Source: Protoeuglena noctilucae
Lineage: Eukaryota
Assembly (NCBI GenBank): GCA_958009085.1
Contig: OY253684.1
Span: forward strand, 620,001 to 684,000
Length of the DNA stretch: 64,000 bases
Direction of reading: 5' to 3'
Notes under the pieces: model-generated
Database searches by the model: none
What the model was told of the DNA's origin: nothing
What the model saw: the letters and a program-made list of their open reading frames with translations, nothing else
Made by a program: the position numbers and the translations under genes
Shown here: positions 52,285 to 64,000 of the stretch, piece after piece
Layout of the letters: every line of letters starts with the position of its first letter
Position numbering within the stretch: position 1 is the stretch's first letter

Positions 52285-55200
52285 TCACAGAAGCCCGGCC
52301 GTCTCCTCGAATTCAGCCGTCATGCGCCGGAGGCCCTCGACTCGCGCCCTGCGCTCCTCGCACTGGGCTTGGAGCACCTGCACGGCCTTGCCGCTCGCAA
52401 AGAGAGCGCGGACGTCCGAGTCCCGCCCGCACAGCACGGCGCGGGACAGCACCGCCCCCAGCCGCCCCGACAGCGGCGTCAAGAAGCACTCGCGGAGTGC
52501 GGCGGGCGCCAGCCGGCACAGCAGGGCCTCGCGGATGCGGTAGAGGCACTCGTAGACGTGCTGTCGCACTGCCACGTGCTCGGCAGAAGCACCGCCGGCC
52601 AGAGCAGGACCCAAGCCCTGGTCCACGCATGACACGACTGCTGTGCCTGCATGAGCGGCGCCCGGCGCAGCGCAGACTGCCCTGTCCGTCGCCAGAGGGC
52701 TGCACGGCGCGTCATTCACAGGAGAGCCCGGCACCACAGCCCCGGGGGTGCCCGGCCCACCAGCCGGGGTCGTGCGGGTGCGCTTCACCCCTGCCACCGG
52801 TGACCGGGGGGACGACAGCTGGTCTGCAGCGCCACCGTCTCGCGCACATGCCATGTCGGCGCCATCCCGAGCGTCTGAAGCGCCCCGTGCGCGCGCCACG
52901 GCTCGCCCCCGCCCCACCCTCCTCCTCTTCTCGCCAGCTGCGGCCCCGCTCGCGTCGCCGTCTCCCCGCCCCACCCCTCCATCCTGACTAAGGGGCGCCG
53001 CTGTGACGGGCTCGGTGCAATGGCCCGACACGCTCGGCTCCAGGGCATCGCTCTTGGGCCGCATCCAAGGGTCAGGGTCAGGCACAGTGATGCCTTGAAG
53101 GACGGCCTCGGAGAATGGGCTCGCCACGAGGGCCATGAGGTGATCCAGGTGCCCCTGGCACTCCCCGCTCAAGTCGGACACAAACGCGATGTAGGCTGCC
53201 CGCAGGCTGGCGTGGAGACCTGCAAGTGGGGGACCGGGCGTGGTCAGGGAGTCTGTTTCCGAGGGCTGGGTCCAATTGCTACCACGAAGTGTGAGAGACA
53301 GACTTGCCTGGGTACGGCCGGACCTCTTGCTCGGCCGGATGCCCTTGTTGCAGGCGGACACATGCCAGGTCCCAGGCCCTCCCAAGGATCCCCTCCGCGC
53401 GCTGGCACACGGCCGCGAGGGCAGGCCGCAGCCACCGCCGCGCCAGGCGCCGGGCCACCTCGCTCGCCGCCTCGCGAAGGGGCGGCTGCGACGGCAGGGA
53501 CCGGGCACCCATGTTAAGCAGCACGGTGCAGATCTCCTCTTGCGAGATGCTGGGGTATTGGAGGACCTTGGTGGACTCCTCGCCCTCACGGAGGCATCGC
53601 TCAAACGCCGCTCCCCCGTGCAGTCTGCGGGCGTGCTAGGTCACGCATACAGCCACGTGGCACGGGCGGGCGGCCACTCATCTGCTTAAGATGCGCTCCC
53701 TGATTGCCAAGGCGCGACGCACCTGAGCCGCGAGAGGGCCCCGTCGCTCCGCCACTGCCACTCGGCGGTCCCCGCCCCGCCCGCCAGCGCCAGCTCCTCT
53801 GCCGACGTCATCCCGTGCGCGCCGGGGTCCGGGTCCGCCCCACCGGCCATGAGCTCGCACACCGCCCCGGCGGCCGCCGCGATGAACGCCGCCGCCGCCT
53901 CCCGCAGCCGGCCCACGTCGCTGGCGCGCGCGAGCCTCGCCTCCAGCGCCGCAAGCTCTCCCTCGGCACGCCCCGTGCGGTCCCGCAGCGCAGCGACCAC
54001 CCCGGGCGCCGCGGCCTGGTATCGCGCTGCGAGCTCGTCCTCGAGGTACCCCCGGAGGCTGGCGAGTCCCACCAAGGGCCCGAACGCAGCCTCATCGAAC
54101 CCGCCTTCCACCCGTGTCCTGAGGTGGGCGAGCACGTCCGCGTCGCACAGGCGCACTTGCTCGCGGAAGGTGTGTGCGGGGACGTGGGAGCGGTCCCGCG
54201 GGAGGGCCACGAAGAAGGGGTGCACGTGGGCGGGGAGATAACCACGGGCCGACAGGTACTGGTCGACCTCGGCCCGGCTCCGGAACTCTCGCATCCTGCG
54301 GGTGATGTGGGCTGGCCAAAAGTCACGAGGGCAAGCACCATGGGTGCTGCCATGTGGCGTTGGTCACGTGGCAAGCGCTGTGCCGTGTTAGCCTCGCCTG
54401 TTGTCGAATTTGGAGACGACCATGATGGTCCTCCGCAGGTCGGGGTCGACCTCCTTGATCACGTCCAGCCTGTGAAGCGCAGACAGATCACGGGTAAGGC
54501 TTTGGGTGCCCCTGCAGGACGGGCGGGCCAGCCAGCGTGCCGGTCAACGAAACGGGCGATCGCAAGCAGGGACGCACCAGAGGGAGGAGCACCACTCCAC
54601 GGAGCTCTGCTGGAGGAAGAGGATGATGCGGTGGCGTGGGCGCATGAGGTCGACGACCATGGACTGAATGTCCGAGGGCGTGGAGGCAGGCTCGCCGCTT
54701 CGTGCTTTGAGGATGAACCCCGGGGTGTCAATGATCGTCAAGTTGGGGCAGTGGGCCGACTGCAAGAACGCGGAGAAAGATAATTGGGTCACTGCAACAG
54801 TGGGGCGTCACGCGTTGCGAGCGGTGGTGCCGTTGGGACCTCGCACCTCGGCACGCATGACGATGGGCTTGCTGTGGACGGCGCCCCCGCCAGTGCGACG
54901 AAGCCACGCCTCCGTACGGGCGCGGATGACGTCCGCGACCCCCGTCTCGGGCTCTGCGTGCCAATGCGGCGGGCATGAGGACCGTTCGCGCAGGCGACGG
55001 GGCAGGCCATGGGCTCTGGCATTGACTCTCTCAGTGTCTGGCTTCCTCAGCGTCACCTATGGGAGGCCCGTACTCCTCCGAGTCCTCCTCCTGGAGATGG
55101 CAGCGCGGCTGATGCGCGTCGGGGTCGTGGAACATCTGCACCACGAGAGGCCGCCTCGTGCCCATCTCCGTCTGCAAGGAGCAAGCGGGTCAAGAGGAAT

Positions 55201-55579
55201 GTCGAAGCAGACAGAACGAGCTCAATCACCGAGTCTTTCGACGAAGGAGCACGAACGCACCTCGCGAACGTTGAAGCGGAAGCCCAGCAGGGCTTCGAGC
55301 AGCGTGGACTTGCCATCGCTCTGACCGCCTACGGCGACGATCTCTGGGATCGGCAGCGCCTCGCCGGCCAGTAGAGCGGTCGTTTGGAGCCGGCTGCATG
55401 CGTTGTTAGCGGAGGTGTGAGTTTGCGCTGCTCCTTTGGCGTATCCACGCAACTATGTTCTCGCAGCTAGATTAGACTCACGAGAACGCCAAATAGCGGC
55501 TCCGGGCGCCTTCGCTGCCATACGCGGAAAGCTGCGAGCCCACGAGCGGGCTCGCTGGAGTGGAGGGGTGTTGCGGCAT
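52285..55579 (-). CDS. DRP5A: Dynamin-related protein 5A (cytokinesis-type DRP5A)
   Basis: RLQTTALLAGEALPIPEIVAVGGQSDGKSTLLEALLGFRFNVRE, HCPNLTIIDTPGF, LFLQQSSVEWCSSLW, SKFDNR, PFFVALP. These match plant DRP5A rather than ARC5/DRP5B. Confidence 0.9.
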
Positions 55580-55902
55580 GTCAAAGGGTTGGGGACCACC
55601 GCGTCCTAGGCGCGCTGCACGCACCGTCGCCACGCGAGGAGGAGAGCGCCCCAATCGCTCGCTGGTCACTGAGGTCAGCCAGAAACAGTGGCAATAATCG
55701 AGATTTCTGCGTTCTTCTTCATCCCAGCGGCCGCGAAGAAGCGAATTAGTAGTTGGGCACCGAAAAGCATCGTCGACCCCCCGTCTCGGCTTTCCCGCTG
55801 GCTTCGCCACAAACATCCGTCCAGCTGAGCGGGCGGGACGCGCTGGTCGTCGCCGTCGCATCACATCCAGTTCTTCTTTGGAGGGAGGGGCTGGTGGTGG
55901 AC

Positions 55903-57536
55903 ATGAGCGCGCTGGCGCGGCTGCCTGGGGCCAGCCACAGCCGGCTAACGTGCAAGGTCCGTCTTTTGCCTGCCCCCCACCTTGCACGCGGCGCGATTGC
56001 GGCGGCTTTGAGATGCCTTGCCATTTGCGAAGCCAGTGCACAACATTGGCTGCTCGATGGCCCCACCGGACGCGCCGTGGCTGCGAGGCTGCAGGTGGTG
56101 GCGGTGCGGCGGCGTGCCGTTCGATGCTATGCGCTCGAGCCCTACATGGTCACCAAGCTCCAGGCGCTTGAGAGGACGTTTGAGGAGCTTCAGGAGCAGA
56201 CCGGGAGACCCGAGGTGCAGTAGCGGCGGCTGGCGCGGCGGACACGCGTGTCCGGGGCTTGGACGACGGCCGTAACAGACCCATCCCTCGTTAACAGATC
56301 GCTTCCAATCCGGAGGAGTTTGTGAAGCTGAGCAAGAACCTCGCGGAGCTGGATAAGGCCGTTTCGGGTGCGTGCTGCAGCCCCACCGCTTGTGGCGATT
56401 GTGGTGAGGGACCGTAGATGGCTCTCCAGGCATCCAGCTCCTCCCACCTCGCGATTCGTCCCCTCCGCAGTGTACAGGAGGCACTGCGAGATCAGCCAGC
56501 AGATCGAGGATGCCAAGGCGATGATCGCGGAGGAGACGGACGCAGAGATGGTTGAGCTGGCCCAGGTGCGGTGCTCGAGCCACTCGTATTACTGAAACCC
56601 AGCGCTTGCGAGGCCGCCAGAAACCGCCCATGACGATCTCCGCATGGTACACGCGCCGATGAGCGCGGCCTGGGCTCTTCTGGCTCGCAGGCGGAGCTGC
56701 AGGGCCTGCGGCAGGAGGAGGAGGAGTTGGAGGGGCGGCTGCAGATCCTGCTGCTGCCCAAGGACCCGCTGGATGAGCGCAACATCATGCTCGAGATCCG
56801 CAGCGGGACGGGCGGGGAGGAGGCGGCGCTGTGGGCGTCGGACCTGTTCCGGATGTACCAGAAGTACGCCGCGGCGCAGTCGTGGTCGTTTGGCGTGGTC
56901 AGCTTGTCCGAGGCCGAGTCGGGGGGCTTCCGGGAGGTGGTGGTGAACATCAAGGGTGATAGCGTCTACTCGAAGCTCAAGTGGGAGGCGGGAGTGCACC
57001 GCGTGCAGCGGGTGCCGGCGACCGAGACGCAGGGGCGCGTCCACACGTCCACGGCCACGGTGGCCGTGATGCCCGAGGTGGACGACGTGGACGTCAAGCT
57101 GGATATGACCGAGATCGAGATCCACGCGACGCGGGCGGGCGGGGCGGGCGGGCAGAACGTGAACAAGGTGGAGACGGCCATCGACCTCGTCCACAAGCCG
57201 ACGGGCATCCGCATCTTCTGCCAGGAGGAGCGCTCGCAGAGCCAGAACCGGGAGCGCGCTCTGTCGCTGCTGCGCGCCAAGCTCTACGAGATTGAGCTGG
57301 AGAAGCAGCTCTCTGAGGTCTCGGCGCGGCGCAAGGCGCAGGTGGGCTCGGGGGCGCGGTCGGAGAAGATCAAGACGTACAACTACAAGGACAGCCGGTG
57401 CTCGGACCACCGGATCAAGGAGAACTACGACCTGAACAAGGTCCTGAACGGGGAGCTCGAGCCCTCCATCCAGGCCATGATCGCCGTCGACCAGCAGGAG
57501 CGTCTCAAGGAGCTTAGCGAGTCGGTGGCGGCGTGA
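55903..57536 (+). CDS. prfA: Organellar (probably plastid) peptide chain release factor 1
   Basis: N-terminal transit-like extension; [27 protein letters not shown]1 PxT motif [20 protein letters not shown]. Confidence 0.93.
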
Positions 57537-57741
57537 CGCTTTCTGATTGAACAGAAGTGCGTGGGTGCTGACGTCTTGTGCCCCCTGAGCTGGCGCAGCT
57601 GGCACAGCTGTCAGGGCATGCCGAATCGAGGTTTGCCGCATCGTTTTCGTTCGGGCGGTTCCAGATCAAGCAGAGCCTTTCTGTTGACATTTCATGGATC
57701 GCTGCTTGCACGTGTCCGTTGCGCACAAAGCTAACCAAGCA

Positions 57742-59571
57742 ATGCTGGCTGCGGATCAGCTCCCGTCGCTGGTGGAGGTCGAAGACGGGCCTGCTCTGCC
57801 CGCAACGGCCCTTCCTCGCGACGGTCAGGACGAAATGGAGGTTGAGCACACGTCCATGGCGATGGAGAACGCGCTTTCGCCCGCCGGGACCCAGTGCAAG
57901 CCAGAGCACTGCAGCCTCCCGGAACCGGGCGATTCCGCGCATCGCGAGGACGCGGAGGAGGACATCCGTCACCAGATGGAGATATTCGAGGACGAGGGCA
58001 TCGACTGCGGCACGCAGGAGGTCGAGGGGCCCTGCTTGCTGGACATGGCATGCCGCTCGCCGCTGAGCGGGAGCGACGGGGCCAGCGCGATGCCCGCGGC
58101 GGGCGCCGGGGGCTCATCAAAAGATACAATTGGTGATTACGAGGTCCAGGAGTACGTGGGCGGTGAGAGGCGCATTCCGCGGCCAGCTGCACTATTCGGC
58201 TGAGGCATGCACCCTGGCTCTACGAGCTGCAGACGCAATGTGCGACATCGCGGAGGCCGCCAGCTTCCTGCAGGCGGTGGCTACGCGAAGGTCTACGCCG
58301 CGACGCGCGAGGGATTCCGGGTCGCGCTCAAGATCGAGGCCTTTGCTTCGGTCCCCGACACGACCGCCTCCTCCACACGCTCCAACCTCGGCCAGGATGT
58401 CTCCCAGGCGGACCTGCCCAAGCCCATCCTGACGGAGGGGTACCTCGCGTTCCCCTGCGGGGCCCGGGAGCACTTCCGCGACTTCCACGCGGCCCGGTCG
58501 CTGCTGGACCCGTCGGGCAAGGGCATCCCCGCGCACGGCATCCCCGGCATGTACTCGGTCCTGTGCTGCCTGCGCGGCGGCTACCTGCACAAGGTCACGG
58601 TCATGCAGCTCCTGGGGCCCTCCCTCGACGAGGTGGCCCATGAGATCGCGCGGTGCCCCGAGGCCGAGGCCGCGCAGGCCAAGGTCGAGACGATCGGGGC
58701 CCAGGTCCTGTCCATCATGGGTGCGGCCAGCTGCCGCGCCGAGCCACCTGCGCTGCGCTTGTCGAAAAGCGCCAGCAATTGCATCTGCTCAGCAAACATG
58801 GGATCCTGTCGCCCTGTCCTCTGCAGCCTTCATCCACCAGCGCAGGTGCGTAGTGCGGGACGTCAAGCCGCACAACTTCTGCCTGGGCCCGGAGCCCTCG
58901 TCGACCAAGGTGTGGATCGTCGACCTGGCGATGGTCGCGCGCCACGACGAGGCAGCGCAGGAGCCCTGGTGCGGCACCCCCGACTTCGCCTCCTACCGGG
59001 CCCTGAGCGGCGACGGCCCGACCTCCTACGCGGATGACCTGGTGAGTCTGCTCCATACACACTTCCCCTGGCAGGCATAGAGTTGGGTGGATGGTCCATG
59101 GCCCCTTCTGGCACTCACGCACGCGCCATGCGTCTCCTGTGTGTGTCGCAGGAGTCGGTGCTCTTCTGCCTCCTGCTGATTTCCAAGGGCGACCTTCCCT
59201 GGGAGGCCATGGTGAGTCAATGCGCCTACCACACCCTTTAAATTCTCCCATGGGACCGCTGCCTTATCATCCATGCAAACTCACTGTGACGCACCGTGCC
59301 CCTGCAGTCCTTCGATGGGACCGCCGAGAGCCGCACGTGGACCCCCTCGCGGCTGCTGGCCATGGGCGTCAGGCGGGAGACGGTGCTGGGGGAGATGCGG
59401 AAGGAGGGCCTCCTCCCGCGGTGGTTCGACGAGCTGCTCCACTACGCACGCAAGCTCGCCTTTGGGCAGCGCGTGGACTGGCGGTATGTCCGGCAGGTGT
59501 TCCTCGACAAGGAGGGGCCCCTCCCCGAGTTCTTCACCCGCATGAAGAGGGCCCGGGGTGCCGGGAACTAG
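57742..59571 (+). CDS. Divergent casein kinase 1-like protein kinase (5' end uncertain)
   Basis: YVG|GGGYAKVY, VALKIE, VMQLLGPSL, VRDVKPHNF, IVDLAMV, GTPDFAS, SYADDL|ESV, GDLPW. LGPSL, DxKPxNF, DDLES and LPW are CK1-group hallmarks. Confidence 0.8.
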
Positions 59572-59978
59572 GCGAGGTCACCCACCACCCCGCCCGTGCT
59601 GAGTGACGGTCAGCGATGCTGGCGCCGTCGGTGTGCCAGTCCTGGCGCGCCGTTGCCAGACCTGAGGGACGAGGCACGGGCCAGCGCAGAAACATTATGC
59701 GACATGTGATGCGAGCAACCTGTCATGGAGGCAACGAAGCGTTCAACCAAGACAACGCGAGAGTCGAGTGGCTAGTGGGGGCGCTCCTTCCTAGTTCAGC
59801 TATTGTGCCCCTAGATCTCCGCACCCCCGTCTCTTAGATTCCGGCCTAAAGTCTACTGCAGTTAGAAGAACACTCGCTGACACGCGCCCTTGGCCAGACG
59901 CCGTACAATGACCTACCCTACTCGTCACTCAACCACATCACTCGCTCACTCCAACTCTGATGCTCACTCATGCCCCAG

Positions 59979-62900
59979 TCACATCTGGTTCTCCAAGACG
60001 TACAGCGCCTGCAGGCGCTCGTTGATGTCTTGTATCTCCAGGATCTTTTCTGCGAGGCTCTCTCGCCACCCCATGACCCCCTCAAGGTCGGGCCCTGGGC
60101 CACCCGACATCTCCACCTCGTCCGCCTCCAGCTGAGACCTCAGAGAATCGATCTGTCGGGAAAGCAGCGCGTGCTTCTCCACGATGGCCTCCAACGCGCC
60201 GTCTCGCCCGTGGTCGAGCCAATCGCGCCCCGCCTCGCGTGGCCCACGACCGTCACGCGACACACCCACGCCCACGCCCTCCCGCTCCCAGTCCGAGGAC
60301 ATTGCCGAGTCCCGCCTGCCGTACAGGTACGCCCGTGACAGGCTCGGCGCGCGCCGGGGCGCGTCGGGGTGGCGGCCCTGCCCGGACCCAGGCCCCGGGC
60401 CAGCGTCGTCGCCCGCCCCCGCCCCTGCCCCGCCCCGCTCCCCGGACCCCTCCTGCCTGCTCCCCAAAGCCCTCGGCGCCTGCGACACCCCCCGCGGCGC
60501 CTGCCACTCCCCGTCCCACGCCCCACCAAGGTCGCCCCGTGCTGTGGGATGCGCCCCTGCACCGCCAGCGCGTGCCAGTGTCTCCGGGCGCGGAGGCAGG
60601 CACCCCACGCCGGGGTAGATGGTGTGGTCCTGCCGCACACCATCCCCGTCCCGCGCCCGCCCCGTCTCGACCCCCGGCCGGGACCCCACGACCGCCCCAC
60701 CCATGAGCCCGGCGACGGCTTCGTCGCGCCCCATTCCGCGCAGCCCGAGGCGACCCGACATGGCCCGGCGCTCCTCGAAGTACCGTTTCCGCGCCTCCAG
60801 CAGCTCCTGCTCCCTCTTCCGGATCTCCATCTCCTTCCTCGCCCGCATGCGCGCCTTCGGGTGCATGTTCGCCAGCGCCGCCTCGTCGTACAGTCCTGCG
60901 GAATGCACTGACCCCGTGGACGGCGGCGACTCCTTGGTCAGCGTGCTCGCATCATGTCCGGCCGCGGACGCGGGCGCCACGTGCAGGGTGCGCTGCGGGC
61001 TCCCGCTCAAGTCCTTGGCCGGGCCGCTCATGTCGGACGAAAGGACGCGGCGGTGCCTGCGTCAGAACGGCGAGAGCGGGACATCAGCTACTGTGCCTTG
61101 TACAGGTGCTCATCATGTGCGATGCCACGCCCAGCTCTGTCCCGGCGCCTCACCGGCCCTGCCTCCGGCCCTCAGGCCCTGGGCGCGCGTCGTCGGGCCC
61201 TTCGGCCAAAGCCATCATCATCTCGCGCGGCAGCGACGCCGGGTGGCTCCCCTCTACCACAGCATGCGGGGCATGCAGACGCCGGGCCGGGATGGGCACG
61301 GGCGCCCCATCAATGCTTCCCCGAGCCCCGGCGGTGTCGAGGGATCTCGCAACTCGTTCCGTCGACCCCCTCCGGCCCACGCCGGACGGCGGCGGCTTCT
61401 CGGGCGACAAGGAGCCCACGGGGGCCGACACAGGCCCGGCGGGGTCGGCCTCGGTGTCCATCGACACGCCAGGGCGCGTGTCACGGGCAGGCGCGACGTG
61501 CGGCGCCCAAGGCGCGCCGGTCATGGCGGCGCGGTGGCCGCCGGACCTGGCGGGCTCCAGGGAGGACATCTCGGAGCGCACAGCAGCGCGCCGGACGACG
61601 CGCCCCGAGGACGGCGCCTCGGCTGCGATTGCGTGCACCCTGCGCGCACGGCAGACACGGGCGGTGGGTGTCAAAGCGGTACCGGCGTGACCAGGGATGC
61701 TTCGATCGGTGAATGCTTCGGCGCCAGACGCACCTGGCCTGCGTCAGGCGGGACCGCTCGTCAGAAATCTTCTTAAGCTCGGAGTCCACGGACTCGAGCG
61801 CAGCCTCCAAAATGCCAAGCTCCCCGGGAGTGCCCCGCCTGGCGCGACCGTGCCCGGGGCGCCCGAGTTCGTGGTGAGAAGTCCCCACGGCCGCACCCCC
61901 GCTGGGCGGGCTCAGTCCTGGGTTGGAGGGTCCCGGGGAGTCGGCCGGCTGAGCGCGGCGGCTCATGGGGTGCACCCTCCGCCGCAGGCGTAGCTTGTCC
62001 ACGACTTTCTTGCACCGCTCCACGGTTTCCCGCAGAAATGGGAGGGCCAGGATGGTGTCCAGCGACGGTCGCCTCTGCGGGGGCGGTATGAGGGCGGTTG
62101 CGCCGCCGTCGAGCCACGCGGCAGCGCAGTGACCACGCTTAGAAAACGCACCTCCGGGTCGCGCTCGAGCATCGAGGATATCAAGTCCTGGAGGTCTGCC
62201 GAGTACTTGCTCCCAATGGGTCGCGTCTGGCCATGCAGGATCATGTTCATGAGCGTGTGCAAGTCCGAGGCTTCAAATGGGTGAGTCCTGCGAAGATCAA
62301 GCCGACCATGACGGTCGCCTGTAGCGCGGGCGCCTTCCACGGCAAGGCTACGGCGACACAGTGGCCGTCAACGAAACGGATGCAGCGTGGAGGTCCCCCT
62401 GCGACGCACCTGGTGGTCATCTCGTACAGCACGCATCCCAGGGACCAGACGTCCGACTTGAAGTCGTAAGGGCGCGACTGGATGATCTCGGGCGACATGT
62501 AGTACGGCGTCCCAATGACGGTCTGGGCCAGTTCCTCCGGCGATGTGAGGACCCGCGCAATGCCGAAGTCGCCGAGCTTCACGTCGCCGTCCTTCGTCAA
62601 GAAGATGTTCTGCGGTGGCGGACGCAGCCCGGTTCGATGCGGGAATGCGCCGCAGACACCTCTCGCATTGCAGACCGCGCAGCACCTGCGTCTTCAGGTC
62701 TCGGTGCAGGACGTTGCGGTCGTGGACGTATTTGATGGCGAGGCAGATCTGGGCGAACCAGTCGAGGACCTGCTCCTCCGGGAGCGGCTCGGTTTGCTTC
62801 TTGAGCAGGTGGCACAAGTCCCCCGCCTCGCAGAACTCCGTGACGATGCAGAGCTTGCCCTTGTGTTCGAAGCTGTCCACGTAGCCCAGAATGAGAGGGT

Positions 62901-63206
62901 GGTCCAGCTCCGACAGCAGCTTGACCTCCTGGTGCGCGGCGGCCTGCTGCTTGGGCGCCATCGCGCTGAGCTCCACCTTCTTGAGGACATACCGGCGACC
63001 ATCATCGCTCTGCGCTCGGCGGGGGAACGATAAGAGTGCCAAGCGTCACGCGAGAGCGGCGAGGGGACCGGCAAGGCCCCGGGGACGCGGCGCGGTCCGC
63101 GCTTCGCACGCGATGCCACTTCGGTCCCGCCCCGCGTCACCTGGACCAGGTAAGCCGTCCCGCACGTCCCGGTGCCTATCTTGAGAATCACGCTGTACTT
63201 GTCCAT
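59979..63206 (-). CDS. NIMA-related kinase (NEK1/CNK-like) with long low-complexity/coiled-coil C-terminus
   Basis: [87 protein letters not shown]-terminal exons at 61150-61674 and 59979-61031. Confidence 0.9.
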
Positions 63207-63526
63207 CGCCGTTCACGACGCTTTCGCCCGAGTCACGGCATACTGGAAAGAACGCTGGGTCCACGGTTGACGCGGGGCGCCTCCCTTCTCACCAGCGCTA
63301 TGTATCGTTCCTGGAAAACGATGAGACGTGAGTGCCTAAACGACGGCCCAACAGGTGTCAGGACCCGACACCGCGCGGGTCAAAATCACGCTGCAGGACC
63401 AAAGTTGGTGCTGGCTTCGCGCATGGTGGTGCGCATTCGGTCCCTGTTGCAGTCCCCGCGCTCTTGGTGGCGACCTCACGTCTCGGGCGAGCAGAGTTTC
63501 TTTTGGAGAGCGTCGCTACGCTGCCA

Positions 63527-64000
63527 ATGACGTCCGAGGCGTCCGTGCTCGAGATACACCGGAGAGAGTTGTTGACGGCTATCAAGCATCTCGAGGTGAG
63601 CGTGCGTGGCTGCGCTCGTGGGCTGCTCGGTCCTCTCCGACGCTGGACGCCGCAGTCATTTGGCCGACGCGGCACGCATGGACGTTGCCAGCGTCAGGGA
63701 GAGCTGTTCGCATCTCGAGACTTGCCTAAAACGCGACAAACCCCCCAATCCGCCGCAGCGCTCGATTCGGGAGCTCCAGGAGGCCGCCGCGACGGACCCT
63801 GACCCCGAGTTCCGCGACGCCATCAGCGAGAACATTGTTGCGATTGCGAGGAAGAAGGCGCAGGTGGAGGCGCTCGACGAGGAGATTGCGCGCTCCCGGG
63901 GGGACCTCCCGAGCCCCTCCGTGGCACCGGCTGCCAGCCTCCCCGTCCCAGGGGGGCCGCCACCTCCACAGCTGCCTCCCGAGGTCTTCGAGTTCATTCC
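63527..64000 (+). CDS. Small coiled-coil protein of unknown function (partial, runs off the window)
   Basis: MTSEASVLEIHRRELLTAIKHLE, GT-AG intron about 63596-63758, then RSIRELQEAAATDPDPEFRDAISENIVAIARKKAQVEALDEEI; frame open to the window end. Confidence 0.65.

Overview
Eukaryotic nuclear DNA, very GC-rich and compact: about 21 intron-split protein genes in 64 kb, introns mostly about 80-200 nt, standard genetic code. Nuclear genes for plastid-type L28, L3 and PrfA with N-terminal extensions, a plant-type GATA finger, DRP5A and LCAT3/4 point to a green alga. Katanin p60, an SFI1-like protein and a NIMA kinase suggest a flagellate (inference). Gene order: ABC-F (3' part, +), LCAT-like lipase (+), katanin p60-like (-), SFI1-like repeat protein (+), GAF-PAS-kinase (-), pentameric ligand-gated ion channel (+), GATA factor (-), EFL1 (-), cytochrome c1 (+), small secreted EF-hand protein (-), SKI2 (+), LRR protein (-), plastid L28 (+), plastid L3 (-), PP4R4-like HEAT protein (+), CCT5 (+), DRP5A (-), plastid PrfA (+), divergent CK1-like kinase (+), NEK (-), partial coiled-coil gene (+). 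Most notable: a Cys-less (Pro-loop) pLGIC placed head-to-head with a GAF-PAS sensor kinase; about 14 GC-AG introns; an SFI1-like protein with a putative N-terminal beta-trefoil domain; a 120-aa secreted EF-hand protein only visible after splicing; and a CK1-like kinase with altered HRD/DFG motifs. I found no rRNA, tRNA, CRISPR array or recognisable transposon. Gene models were assembled by eye, so several 5' ends are approximate.
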